Assembly (NCBI GenBank): GCA_053919585.1
Contig: CM132807.1
Strand: one strand, 5' to 3'
From: Euprymna scolopes
Taxonomy: Eukaryota
Length of the DNA: 64,000 nucleotides
Shown: positions 26,355 to 39,035 of the stretch, piece after piece
Position numbering within the stretch: the stretch's first letter is position 1
How the letters are laid out: every line of letters begins with the position of its first letter
Notes under the pieces: model-generated
Databases searched by the model: none
What the model was told of the DNA's origin: nothing
The model's input: only the letters and a program-made list of their open reading frames with translations
Program-made: the position numbers and the translations under genes

Positions 26355-28760
26355 AATGCACGCTGCTACTTTGATGTACCGGCTACGCTCAGGGACATAA
26401 GTTGCTGGGATATCATGTAGAAGTTGAGCAGAAAGTATCTGTTAGCATTACACTTGAACTTCTGTATATCAGTACAGTATGGGAAACAGGAACCCGGAAG
26501 TGAATTCCAAAGTCTAAAAATTCTACGAATGAAACTAACAGAAAGTTTTCTCACATCTAGGGATCTCTACGGTGTAGACGTGGGACTTTGCTGCTTGTCA
26601 GTTTGTCGTGGGTATTTATGTCTAGAGAGCTTGTTGTTCGTCCGAGCATCCACCATTTAAATACTGGTGAAATAGACAGAGATATGCAACGCTTTCTTGA
26701 TGGGACAGACGTTTAGCCTTGATGACAGTTCAGGCATATCGGATTGGTGACTCTCTTTGGAACCATGTCTTGGAGTGACAGACTAGTAGCATATGAATAA
26801 GTCCGATGTGACAAACCTACTCCATACATGGGCGAAGAGTGGCATTGCACAGAACCAGGATACTTTCAGGTGTAAGTAATTTTCTAGCACGGTAGAAAGA
26901 ACCCTCATTCTTCACATCAGCCTTGACAATGTAGCTATTCAAACTCATGTTCTATGCAAACATAAAGCCAAGTAGTTTCAATGATGCCCTTTCAGATAAT
27001 GTATATTTAACCAAAGCTGTTTGTGGTTAAGAAGGATTCTTGTAAATATAAAAGAATACGAGCTTCGTTTTAACAGCATTGAACGTAACCATCTGCTTTA
27101 GACTCCATTTCACTACAGATAGGAAGTCTTCCTCAAGGGTTTTCGCCATTGCCTTGATTATGTATTCATTCATTTTCCTCTCGAGTCTTATATAGAGAGT
27201 GGTGTCTTTATTAAATATACCCATCTCTGAGAGTATTTTTCAGGGAACTCATTTACGAATATCATGAATAATAAAAGTATAAGGAGTGATCCCTAAGTTA
27301 CACCCGCATTTATACTATATTGTTAAGACCTACGACCATTGAAGAGAACCTAGATAATTCTCTTATTTAAGAATGATTTAATTATGTAATGTTTTCGTCT
27401 GGTATTACAATAGGATGTAATTTTCGTGAGAATACCATCGTTCCGTACTCTGTACACAGGGTTAGATATATAAAGACCTACTGCCAATAATTTCTCTGGT
27501 TTAATCAGTGCATGGTATCTACGTTCAGAGAGAGAACATAGAATATCTGCCGTAAAACGGGCGTGCCTTAATCTTTATTGATAGTTGTACAGAAGTTTAT
27601 CAAATGTAAGGTGTTAGACTTGTGCTTGATTAATTATTGAATAAAATAGTTTGTCGAAAAAAAGTATTAGTCTAATGGGTTATTTTTTCGCTAGAATTCT
27701 TGTAAACTGGTACCGCAGAAACAGTTTTCCAGCAGTCAGGTATGCATTAATCGTTAAAGCATATGTTGAAAAGTTTGGTTACAATTAGAGCAACCTTAGC
27801 GGGGTATTAGTTTTTTAATAGTACAATACAGATGAAATCACGCCCACCTGATTTTAAGGGGGCCTAGGTTTTTATGATATCATATATGAGAATGGAGTTA
27901 TTTTCAGATAATATAGTATGCCTTCTATGCCTAAAAGAAACTCAGGAAATAAGTGCTTTGCTGTGTAAAAGCAGAATTGAACTCTAGCGGACGGGTAAGC
28001 AGCCTAGCTTTTTCGATTGCCGTGCTGACAACCTTATGATTGTTGGATACATGAGGAAGTGATGATTGTTCATTATTTATTAAACTATTGTAGATTTTCT
28101 AGAAGTACAGCATGGAGAATAGTATGGTTTGCTATAGAATTTCTCCTTGGGTACTCGTGCTTCAATTGCAAATTTGAACCATTTAGTGGTCTCATTTTCA
28201 CAATGTTCCGCGGGAAGGAAAAATATATTTCCCCATGGGGCATCGCATTCACTCTTACTGTAGTATCTTATCGTTTTGAGCAATGACACAAAAGGGTCGA
28301 GTGATGTATATCACTTCCACGGCATAATCAGTATTTCCGAGTGGGCAATGGGCATTTGTTACAAAATCTTCAGGAATTATTTTCGGAAATAGGTCTAGAA
28401 GTGAGTCTTGCTGGTTCTGATGATCTTGGAGTCGGGTCGGGAATTTTACTGTCTTTGTCAAGGAATAGGCGTTCTGTATGTGTAGTTAGAGAAACCAAGC
28501 CAATGTGGTACAATATATTAACGAAACCAATTTGACCGATGGTTTCGTGATCACGACATGCTTCAACTGCTCTTTTTGTTTCCTTCTAAATCCACATTAC
28601 TTTAAGATCTATAAACATAAACGATGACTGCGGTCCAATCGACGAGAGGCGAATTTGTTGCTGAAGGGAAGAAAAAGTTTCCAAACAATCAAAGGTAGAT
28701 GTCAGAAAGAGTTTGTAATAAACAATACGAACGTTTATTAATACAATCTTTAACTTCCAC
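26355..28760 (-). mobile_element. Long degenerate AP-endonuclease-type LINE ORF2 (EN+RT); CR1/L2/Jockey-like, clade unresolved
   Basis: EN start LKIVLINVR (~28755). EN end PTRLQDHQNQQDSLLDLF...PLGNTDY. RT INAGVT*GSLL (~27300) and VTFNAVKTK. C-terminus RLWNSLPGSCFP..TDIQKFKCNANR. Confidence 0.92.
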
Positions 28761-28829
28761 CACAGAATGGGAGTGATTGGGGTTGACTGGCGAAATAAAA
28801 TTATTTTAGAAAATCTTAACTGCTATTAG

Positions 28830-29130
28830 GCAGCGCCAATGATAAATAATGCAGTGGTAACGGATGTGGTTCTTTAAGCAGTGAAAAAAACGAATCCACT
28901 CGATTTTTCGTATCCTGTATTTATTGCCCCGAATCCTTGAACAATCAGTTCCTGACTGGTCAGCCAATGGAGATTGCCCACTAATGATTATTGTCGTAAT
29001 AACTACCCTGGTAAACTTCCGATTGGTTTTAGATAATCGGCCAATCAGTTGCAGTCATTGGGTTGGGCTATGCGTCACAGTTGTTGGAATAGTTGATGAA
29101 TGAAGCCGCCCAGCCCTTGTGCCACACTTG
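28830..29130. promoter_or_regulatory. Cluster of CCAAT boxes plus TGACGCA and GC-box-like motifs; possibly the LINE 5' UTR/internal promoter
   Basis: CCAAT/ATTGG at ~28837, 28964, 29022, 29041 and 29057, tgcgtca at ~29071 and gccgccc at ~29105. Lies directly upstream of the minus-strand LINE ORF2. Confidence 0.35.
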
Positions 29131-31893
29131 TACTAAATTCCAAGTTATGCCGGCCTAAATGTTTGCCAACTTAGAAATATATTTATTGATTATAATTTAT
29201 AAAAAAATGTGTTTTAGTAGTATGTTGTTTTGATTTTCAATCTGCAATTTGTGTTGTTTTAGTATTATAGGTCTTTGCTCGAGTCACAATCACTTTGCAC
29301 TTTAAATGTTGGATTACGAAAACGAATTATTTTACTTATATAATGTGTTTATAATTTTCAAATGTCCATATACCTGAAGATGAGTATTGTTTTATTGACA
29401 GTTTTGTAGATCAAATCCTGTTCTTGCTTGTCCAACCATACCTTCGCACTCAATGGCTGTGTATTACATTTGGTTCTTAAAAAATGTTGGCTAGCTTAAC
29501 GAATATTGTGCTCTTCAAAAAGCAAATATTATCATGACTTACTTAATTATTATTTAATTAACTTCGCCTGTCATTTTTCCCTTTAATTAAAACTGTCATA
29601 CCAATTATTGCAGTGGACGTTAAAGTCCTCACAGGCATGTATTTGGGTGCTTGTGTCAAAAGAAAGTGCAATATCTCTGCTGCAAGAAATCTGATTGATT
29701 AGAGTACAGTTCTGGGTCGAGGAAAAGCGATAAAGAAAATATAAGTAACTAACAATATTTTGTAAAGTTAGGTTGAAGCATATGATGGCCTGGCGATCTG
29801 ATTCTAATATAGATTAACTATTTATCGGTGAGAGTATTACGAATATAGACACAGTCCGTGCACGTGTCTGCCGGATTTTTACGACATACATATGTATAAA
29901 TATGTTAGAAAGGGATGAATGAGTGCAAGTTTTTTGACTTCGTGCGTAGATATACGTGGAGATGATAGGAGAAATGATGCTACATCATCTAATTTAGTTC
30001 TAAATCCACAGAGAATTGCAAATGCCACCTTCAAGGGAGAGGGTGATTTGTTGTCCGAGTGTGATTGGTCTGGTCGTTATTTTAGATTGAACTGTCATTT
30101 AATTCGTAATTTCAGTTTAGGGTGATAAATGCTAGAGAAAGCAGACGTGCATATCTACCATCATGCAACAAAAGTCGACCATCAACCCACTTCTAATAAA
30201 CAGTAATATAGCCTCGGGTATGCCCATCTCAAATGTGAGCAGCGTCTTTTTCTATGCCCGACATTGCACTACTAACACCGCAATATTATACAGCTGATGC
30301 TAATGCAACCGTTTTAAGGGCTTCTAAAGTGTTAGTGCTCTTGAACTGTCAGTCGCTAACAGCAGTCAGAAACTGTCAAACCGATACCTTCAAACCGGTA
30401 AGGCAAGAGTGGCTCAGCCCAATCATGTTAGCATGCATGGTAAACAGCACAACTAAGGTGCCCAGTTAAGTGGATGTGAAGTGAGGAAGGTTTGAGGGGC
30501 GGCGATTGTAGTGTGCACTTAACATATTTAAAGAGTCCCTGTGATCGCACCTATGTTCCTTAATAATAGCCAAATAAAGATTACTGAAGCTGGGAGAAAG
30601 GCAAACCCTTACTACTCCCTTAGCAGTTTAGGTTTGCGAATCGATGATTTGATATCGTCAAAAGCTCTGAACAGATGTAGAGCAAGACTGAAGAGACTTT
30701 CCTCTCCCGTTTAGTGTCAACACATATGAGGTCAGTTGCCCATGGTTGATATCAGAAATTTTCTTCTCCATAAAGGATACATTAGGAGACTTACGGTACA
30801 ATCAACAACGCACTCGGTTGCATAAGCATGTATTCCTACGCCCCCGCAAGTGTAGTTCGAGTAAACAACATCAGTATCATAAGTAGTTAGTTTCTGATAC
30901 AAAGGAGAACACCTCAACGTAAGATTCATATCGTAATATGTGGTTATTCACAAGTTATGAGTGAAAAAGCTTGGGGGTATGTATGCGTAACCGGGGTGTA
31001 TTTAAGCTTACTATCTACTAGAGAAAAACTAGTATTAAATATGTTTTAACTGAATAGTTTAAAGCGATTAAACGGCGGGAAAATAGAAAGAAAATAGAAA
31101 GAGAGAAAAAGTGATACAGCATTAAAAGAGAAGAAATAGAAAATCATGGCGAAAATAAAGGCAATGAACTCTGATGTTTGTTATTTCAAAAGATCACTAC
31201 TATACTATAAAGCGAAATCTTGCACTAAATAATAATCATAGAATGATTCCAAAGTAATTTAACAAAGATATGTGTACTTGTCATCTGTTCGTTGCGACGA
31301 ATTCTGAAGAGTCAAGATGTTGACACGTGTGTTAGCGTTTTAAATGTTACTCGATGTGCATACATTTATTTATCAATGAAATATTTTCGCGTAGTGGCAC
31401 TTATAATACTGTAAATACATTATATATGAAAATTGTCATGCATTGCTATTTCATATAGATAATGGGCCGATGCTTTAGTAAGTACATTAATTTATTTTGT
31501 GCATTATCGGTTCTGCGTGTACAGGAAGTAGAAAAGTGTATAAATAAATTAAAATAATATGTGGGGAAATATTGGGGTTGAAGTTTGTTCTGCTGACGTC
31601 AATTTTATCATATTTATAATGTTAGATTTTATTAAACAGTGAAAAAATATTTATACTACTTCTGAAAAAATCATACCAGAAAAAAAAAAGATGTTGATAG
31701 GATTTTTCCTTGACAAGTGACAATCCAATAAACAAAGATATTACAAATATTGTATATGGTAAAATCACACCTGGGGATCAAAAAAAAGCGAAATTATTAT
31801 CAACTAGCGTGAATTTTGGAAATAGCACAGGAGTCTTTTATATGTAATACATATGTAATGGAATTCTGTGGATGTTCAGTGATAATACAGAAG

Positions 31894-31925
31894 ACTAGGG
31901 ACTCCCGGCGTAGCTCGGGCATTAA
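31894..31925 (-). mobile_element. Helitron-type 3' terminus
   Basis: Minus strand gcccgagctacgccgggagtccCTAG|T. Confidence 0.6.
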
Positions 31926-32196
31926 TTACCCTTAAGAATGATATTTTAATTTAATACAGATTCCGTATATATTATTATACAGAATATTTATATCGATGAG
32001 TATATATTATAAAGTGTTGATTTAAAAATAAATGAAAATATATTTGTTTGTCTTGGGTTCATAAACTTGAATCGGAACCGACACCAAAAATTAAGAAGAA
32101 AGAATCGACACTTAAACTAAAACTTATGTAGAATACTTGGAAAATTTATTTATTTCACACGAAATAGAAGGTTATAACAATTACACGACTCTCTCG

Positions 32197-32198
<2 letters not shown>

Positions 32199-32273
<75 letters not shown>

Positions 32274-32392
32274 TTTACTTCAGCCTGGTTTTATTTCGGA
32301 AGAATATACAACTCCTTATAAGACCTATTAAATCATAATGTGGCACAATAATAACACTTTTCCACATAATTAATAATTTTACGATGATTCTA

Positions 32393-32444
<52 letters not shown>

Positions 32445-32491
32445 TTCGTCGTTCTTCGAATCGAAGATGACCATTACATCAGTGAGTAAAA

Positions 32492-32562
<71 letters not shown>
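32199..32562. repeat. Three (TA)n tracts
   Basis: 32199-32269, 32396-32440 and 32493-32562. Confidence 0.97.
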
Positions 32563-32563
<1 letters not shown>

Positions 32564-33562
32564 TCACACTTGGTCCGGGTTTAAATGCACAGCAGTAAAT
32601 TCAACTCCTGCACACGCACTTAGAGTTCGTGCGTGCACCCGGTTAAGGGAAGTAAAAGTGAATTCACCAACATGGACGGCTACTAGTTTTGTGCCCAATC
32701 AAATCGAGTGTAAGCGAATTTAATCATCTATTTAATTTGCAGACATTCTTATTTAAACAGTGAGAAGCAAGTATGCGAAGGGGGCAAAATAAGTTTTAAA
32801 AAACTTCAAAATGAAATAATAAGAAGGTCAAAAGCAAGACTCTAGTCCATGTATTCTTATTTTGATACGAGTTGTCGCATCTTTTTATGTATGAAACGAA
32901 ATAAAGAAACAAACAAAAAAAAAACAAACGAACACAAGAGATAACCCAGGACAAAAAAACACCAAAAGAAAAGAGTCCATTGACGACGGAGAAGAAAGAG
33001 CGGTCGCCATTAATTCCAGAGGAAAAAGGAGTGGATTAGTTCCGAGATGAGGTCAATAGATCGTTTAACGGTCCCTCCGCACCGTAAATTCCAGTCGAGT
33101 ATCTGCCGGATTGCAACTACACAAAAGTCATTTTGTTGGGGGATAGAGGAGGAAAAAGTCAAAAACCTGTTTCTGATTCGAGTCCACATGTAACATTTCT
33201 TTTTTTTTAAAGTTTCATTGCTCTCACATTGTCAATAGAAAAAAAAAGTATAAACATTCATTGTTCTTCGCGGAAAACTCAGATCCAACCGTATAACCTT
33301 TGTTTTCCTTTTCAATGCATTATTCGCTTAATCACTTCTAAATTTATGAGCCGAGAAAACGAAAACGTTACCTTTTATTGGGTAAACGCCAACACAGACT
33401 ATTTGTCTTTCTTTCATCTTCTTCCACCCGTCTTTCGGCTGCTGGTGCTGCTGCTCGTGTTTCCTAAGACCTTAGCATGGCTCGCGGTAGTGGCCACTCT
33501 ACCATGGATTTACGTCCACTGTTAGATTTGTGTCAACTCTGTGTGTCGGGTTTCTGACCTTG

Positions 33563-33565
<3 letters not shown>

Positions 33566-33609
<44 letters not shown>

Positions 33610-33651
33610 GTTTTATTCACGATCAAGACGCCTCGTCAGACAGTGTGTATT

Positions 33652-33692
<41 letters not shown>
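33566..33692. repeat. Two (TA)n tracts
   Basis: Direct observation. Confidence 0.96.
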
Positions 33693-33695
<3 letters not shown>

Positions 33696-34326
33696 GGTAC
33701 GTGTTTATAAGAGTACGTATTTGTGCGTATGTGCACCCGTATTGGCATATGTATTCACTCTTAACTACCTTAAACAATTCATTATCGGATGTACGTCTGG
33801 GATTGCCGTGGCCACTGTGAGCGTTCTAAAATGAAACCCTACCAAACGCAGATGACTCGCTCACTAAACCTTTCTCTCTCCCTCTCTCCTTCCCATCAAT
33901 TCATATACTCCAGTGTATGGCAAAACAATTTTTCTAAATACAGCCAAATCTTAGAACCCCAAATTGAAAGTCCCCCTTTCTCCCCTTCCCCCTTTATCTC
34001 CCCCTCTCCCCCCTCCATATATCACAAAACCTTACCCACGCCTAGCTGAATATGCTAACCCCCCAACGTACAATACAATCTAATGTAGTTTAAATTTAAA
34101 AACCTAATTATTGTTGATCTCCGCCCCCCTTGTTTCCTCTTCTCTTTCTTTTTCCCCTATTTTTTCTCGTATTTCTTTTAAAATCATTCTTCCAAAGAAT
34201 AATAGCCATATTTGACGAGGCTGCTGGATCGCAAATATATAACTGAACAGATAAAACGGTAATAAAACGCATGTTTGCTCTGCAATAATATTGAACACTC
34301 TCTTCACGTCTTACCACTTACCAAAT

Positions 34327-34387
<61 letters not shown>

Positions 34388-34459
34388 CACCTCAAACCAG
34401 GATCGAAACCTGACCGCCCAAATTGCAGTTAAGGCTTCTCACCATTACGCTATGCGGCC
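34388..34459 (-). pseudogene. tRNA-like sequence (Cys-GCA-like pseudogene or SINE head)
   Basis: Minus strand GGCCGCA-TAGCGTAATGG (A box)...CCTTAA-CTGCAAT-TTGGG (anticodon arm, GCA)...CAGG-TTTCGAT-CCTG (T arm/B box). The acceptor stem pairs poorly. A partial second copy is at ~34673-34692. Confidence 0.55.
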
Positions 34460-36424
34460 GATGCTGTGTGGGTAATAAATTAAGATGTTTTGACATCGTC
34501 CAAATGCCCCCGCTCGATTTGTTTACACACCTAGCGTCGTTTTATAAGCTAATGGCAGTTTGTATATCACTTCTCAATATGATCAACTCAGGATAGGGAG
34601 CATTATAGTCATCCACATACAGTACTGTTTCGCTGTCTCACAGCTCATCAGTGCGGTTTGGCAAGCAACTGTCTCAAACCAGGATTGAAACCCGATATAT
34701 ATCAGTGGCCTGGTAGCCAAATTCGAGACAACCAGAGCAGTAAATCTGAAGCGGACTTGCATATATGGAAATGTAGGCAAATTAAATATTTAGGCCTAGA
34801 CTTAGAATGTTTAACTATACAGCCGTTTTTATCTGAAACCAGGTAAACAGCACCACTTTAGTTTCTTCCCGGTAGAATGAAATCTGCTTTTTAATTATTT
34901 TTGCCACCATCGCGTTATTTTATTCTTTTTCTTTAGTTCCAGTTGTTCATTTGGTAAGGAATTTCTTTTTGTAGACAATCTTAGTGTATGCCCAAGGTCG
35001 CATTAACATCATTTAAAAATTACTTACCTGTTTTTTTTTATTGAGGTGGCTGACTTTTAAATTAGTATTTCGATCCCTTAATTTCATCCATAAAATCGTT
35101 CTTTAAAACTTAGACAAACATGGATCTATTCTTCTATCTAAGCTGATATTTACAGTGCTGTTTATTCCATATAGCAATGCAGCCGAACCGTGGTAATTTT
35201 AAACCTTTAACATAGACCTGAGGACATTTTCATCTATCTTGATTTCGCACAATTACATTCTGTTGTGTCTGTACTAAACTAAAATTCAGAGCAGACGATT
35301 TTATCGGTCTTTACAAATCTTCTGAAGCAGATAAATGTTGTAGTTTTTAGTAAGAATGCAACTTGTTCGTAATTAGGTAGCCGTAAATCAAAGAAAGTTT
35401 ATAATTCCGTTAGGAAATCTTCGATGGCTTTGCACACAAAGGAGTGAGTTTCATATATTATATAAATATGAGATCATCTGATGTGAATTAATATTAAATT
35501 TCCATGTGCATACGCTACTATTACAATCAACATTATTTTTACAACCGATAACCTGTGCGAGATTAAGACAAAATTATTCTTTTAGATTTTCGCATGTAAA
35601 ATATACGCATGACTTTTGAAGGATCATCGTAAAAAACAATTTCGTTGTTTATTGCTCCAAACTTTTTCGTGAGAGTTTTATCGAATAAATGATGCCAGAT
35701 TTTATTGAAAATGATTTTTAAAAGCATCTGTTGCGGCTACATGTAGAAAAATCATATCAGAAAGAAGATGTTAAAATTATTTTCGAATTTATAACAATGC
35801 TAATGCAATAAAAATGCGGCATAAACTTTTCCAGCTAATATCATACACGGGAGATAAGAGACGAGCCAAAAATGCCACACTTTAAAAAAAATCTACTTTA
35901 ATACTTTTTTATATCTCGTACGCAGAAAAATTCTGCTCGTGTGAATATATTGAAACATTCATGCGAATTACAATAATGTCAAGAATTAAATGATTCTATT
36001 AGTAAAATTCATGAAAGGAAATTACTTCATTTTTCATTTTTTTGTCATTTAAATCGTTTAAAAGGATCGCTGTTCTGTACTATGAATAAAAAACATAAAC
36101 CCATTCGAGGAAATATACATTTATACAGGTTCTTTTTTTTATTTGGCAGTACTGTTGTCTTCTTCTTTTTGTGATAAACAGATTAGGTATCGCAATATTA
36201 AATAAATCTTTTATGCCAGTCATATTAACCAGTATGAATATATTTACTGATGAATATAATTATGTTTTTTTTTAAATAAATATATAAATGTTTATTCATA
36301 AAATCTTCGTTCCTATTGTTTTTTTCGTATGCCGGATCACATTTTGTCCTGCATTGTTATAATTTCTAAGACTTTACACATACACATACAAACACACAGA
36401 CACGTACAGACACGTACAGGCGCA

Positions 36425-36471
<47 letters not shown>

Positions 36472-36489
36472 TAAGTGTTTTATAACTAA

Positions 36490-37095
36490 ATGAGAACCCC
36501 CCCCCCTGCATTTTAGCCATTTTGCTCCGTCCCGAGCTTTCTGCTGCATGCGCCCATTAATCTTCGTCTTGGTTTTCCCCTTGGGTTGTCTTGCTACGTG
36601 CCCTGCCCATCTGTGTTTGAATGGTTTAATGTTAGTACGATGTCAACAACTGCTATTTGTTGGCGGATCCAGATGGTTTTTCTTTCTGTATTGTAGAGTG
36701 ATGCCTTATATTATCCTCTGTATTTTCCTTTGTGGTACTGCCAATATTTCACTTGGGCGAGTTTTCTGTGTCCATGTTTCACTACCTATATATGACAGGT
36801 ATTACATATACATTTACAATTTTTGTTTTGCTCTTCGGATTCTCTTGATTTTCTCAACTTTAATAAAAGCTACCGATTCCAATGCTATCATTCACTTTAT
36901 CCCATATATTGGCGGCATCACAACGTGCTGGTTTAACATAATCTTGGTCTTGCCCAGCTGCATTTTGAGGGCAACCGGTTTGGTCTTGAAGTGAATGCCT
37001 TTTGGAATATCATGTGGTTTCTGAGGAGAGTGTGTCACCAGTACAATATCATCAGCGAAGTTCAGCTGTGACAGGTTTTCGCCATCGATGTCTTC
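36490..37095 (-). mobile_element. RTE-clade LINE fragment (RT C-terminal half)
   Basis: Minus strand DIDGENLSQLNFADDIVL (~37040-37093) and KHRWAGHVAR (~36590-36619), both typical of RTE. Confidence 0.88.
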
Positions 37096-37499
37096 TCGAT
37101 ATTTGTAGTTTATTAATAAATCTTACATCTATCGTCTGAATATATCAAGTGTTTGCGCTACACAGCGAATCCTATACCGGCCACTTCAGCCAGAACCGGA
37201 GAAAAATGTTTAAATCACGCACAAATATATATTTGGAAACAAATGTATTTTTTAAATCATATAAATTATTCATTTTATCTTTTTTTAATAAATAATTGTC
37301 GTATCTTTTTTGTTGTTAAATTATATATTTTTTTATGTACTAAGTGTTTGCGCAAAACCGGAGATCCTAAACTGGACTCTTAAACTGGAATCGGATGGAT
37401 GCTTTAAAAACCAAATCAAGCAAGCCAGGTTTGAGTTTTATAATTGTATATATAATTAAATATATAGATACGTAATATTTCCATGTATTATATACATAT

Positions 37500-37720
37500 T
37501 GTTTACTGTAAATTATTATGTCCATGCTTTTCGGAAACCATTAGTGCAGAATGTCACGAGTAAAATTAGTCTATAGATTCGAACCCAGCGACATAAGTAA
37601 TTTCTGGCTTCATTAGCAAGAACTGTGTCCATCCGGCTACATTTAACCGCGTGAAATCCTGATATTTATTTTTAAATGCTTTTAAACATATGTCAGAGTG
37701 ATCTAAACATTATATGATGA

Positions 37721-37723
<3 letters not shown>
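37500..37723 (-). mobile_element. tRNA-derived SINE-like repeat, copy 1
   Basis: Minus-strand A box TAGCCGGATGG (37629-37639) and B box GGGTTCGAATCT (37575-37586). Inverted relative to copies 2 and 3. Confidence 0.7.
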
Positions 37724-37783
<60 letters not shown>

Positions 37784-37786
37784 CGT

Positions 37787-38025
37787 AGATCATTATATAA
37801 TCATTAGATCCCTCTAATTGACATAAAATAAACATTAAAAAATAAAAATGTTGCAATTTCAAAGTTATGTTGCGCGGTTAAAGGTATCTGAACGGATACG
37901 GTCTTTATTAATCGAGCCAAATATGGGTTGTGTCGCCGGGTTCGAATTCGTCGACTTGTGTTTATCGTGACGCTCTGCACTGAATATTACCGAAAGGATG
38001 AAACATTATTGTCGGTAGGCATTTA
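37787..38025 (+). mobile_element. tRNA-derived SINE-like repeat, copy 2
   Basis: gcggttaaa...GGGTTCGAATTC (37938-37949)...gaaaggatgaaaca, colinear with copies 1 and 3. Confidence 0.7.
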
Positions 38026-38126
38026 ATTAATATGGTAAATCATTATGTCAGACCCTTTAAGAAACGTGTCCATAATCGTTAAGCACTTTCAGTTTAATTA
38101 AGTCAGTCACTTTAGCTCTTATGCAT

Positions 38127-38360
38127 AGATTATCATATAATGATTAGACTACTCTGACTGACGTAAATACATTTAAAAATAATGTTGAAATTTCAACGTC
38201 ATTTTACGCGGTTAAAGTAAGGCAAATGGATAGGGCCCTAGCTAATCAAACCAGGAATTGCTTGTGTCACCAGGTTCAAATCTATCGACTAGTGTTAATA
38301 TTGGCACCCTGCATTACATATTTCGGAAAGGATGAAACACTAGTGTCAGTAGGTATTGTA
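38127..38360 (+). mobile_element. tRNA-derived SINE-like repeat, copy 3
   Basis: gcggttaaag...AGGTTCAAATCT...gaaaggatgaaaca, a direct repeat of copy 2. Confidence 0.7.
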
Positions 38361-38372
38361 TTTCATAGTAAA

Positions 38373-38428
<56 letters not shown>

Positions 38429-38574
38429 GAGAAATGTATATATTCTTGATTCCAAGATGCTTACTGTTTATGTTCTTTTAACGTTGATAAAATCTATTTG
38501 GGGTCTGATGAGTTAAGAGTGAATTTATTTGTTTTTTTTTTAAATTGAAATATTATTTGCATGAATAATGCAGG

Positions 38575-39035
38575 CAAAACTATTGTGACCAAGAAGTAGT
38601 CTCAACGAATTGATTTATGCATAAACACCTTCTACACCAACATCCAGCTTTACTCAACAGAGATGCCCAATTCTCTACAAGGAAAATGCCCCACCGCACG
38701 TTGCTAAACTGATCCTGCAGAAGAAGAACGAACTGTGCTTCGAAACCTGATTTATCTTCCAAAAAGTTAAGACCTCTTACTTACCAAGGATAACGTTTTT
38801 CAAGCATCTAACCAACTTTCTGCGTGATAAATGCTTAAAAAACCCGAATGAGTGCAAAAATGCATTCAGCTACGTTATCACCATCAGAACGCAAGCTTTT
38901 TATGTTACTGGCATAAATACACGTATTTTACATTTGCAAACGCGTGTTGATTCTGATGTTGCTTTTTTCGATCAATACATTTTGGTTTAAACCGGGATAT
39001 GCTCACCTGAGTCTACAATTTAAATACCACAACTA
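38575..39035 (+). mobile_element. Mariner transposase 3' remnant (second mariner family)
   Basis: Frameshifted segments YCDQ, HPALLNRD, ILYKENAPPHVA (cf. LLHDNARPH), FFKHL, FYVTGIN and RVDSDVAFFD (cf. KCVDSDGSYFD). Confidence 0.8.

Noticed and set aside
34388-34459. Functional tRNA-Cys gene
   Set aside because: The acceptor and D stems pair poorly and it abuts (TA)n, so it is kept only as a pseudogene or SINE head.
36548-36994. 148-aa hydrophobic + strand ORF resembling a membrane protein
   Set aside because: It is the antisense of the A-rich RTE LINE fragment.
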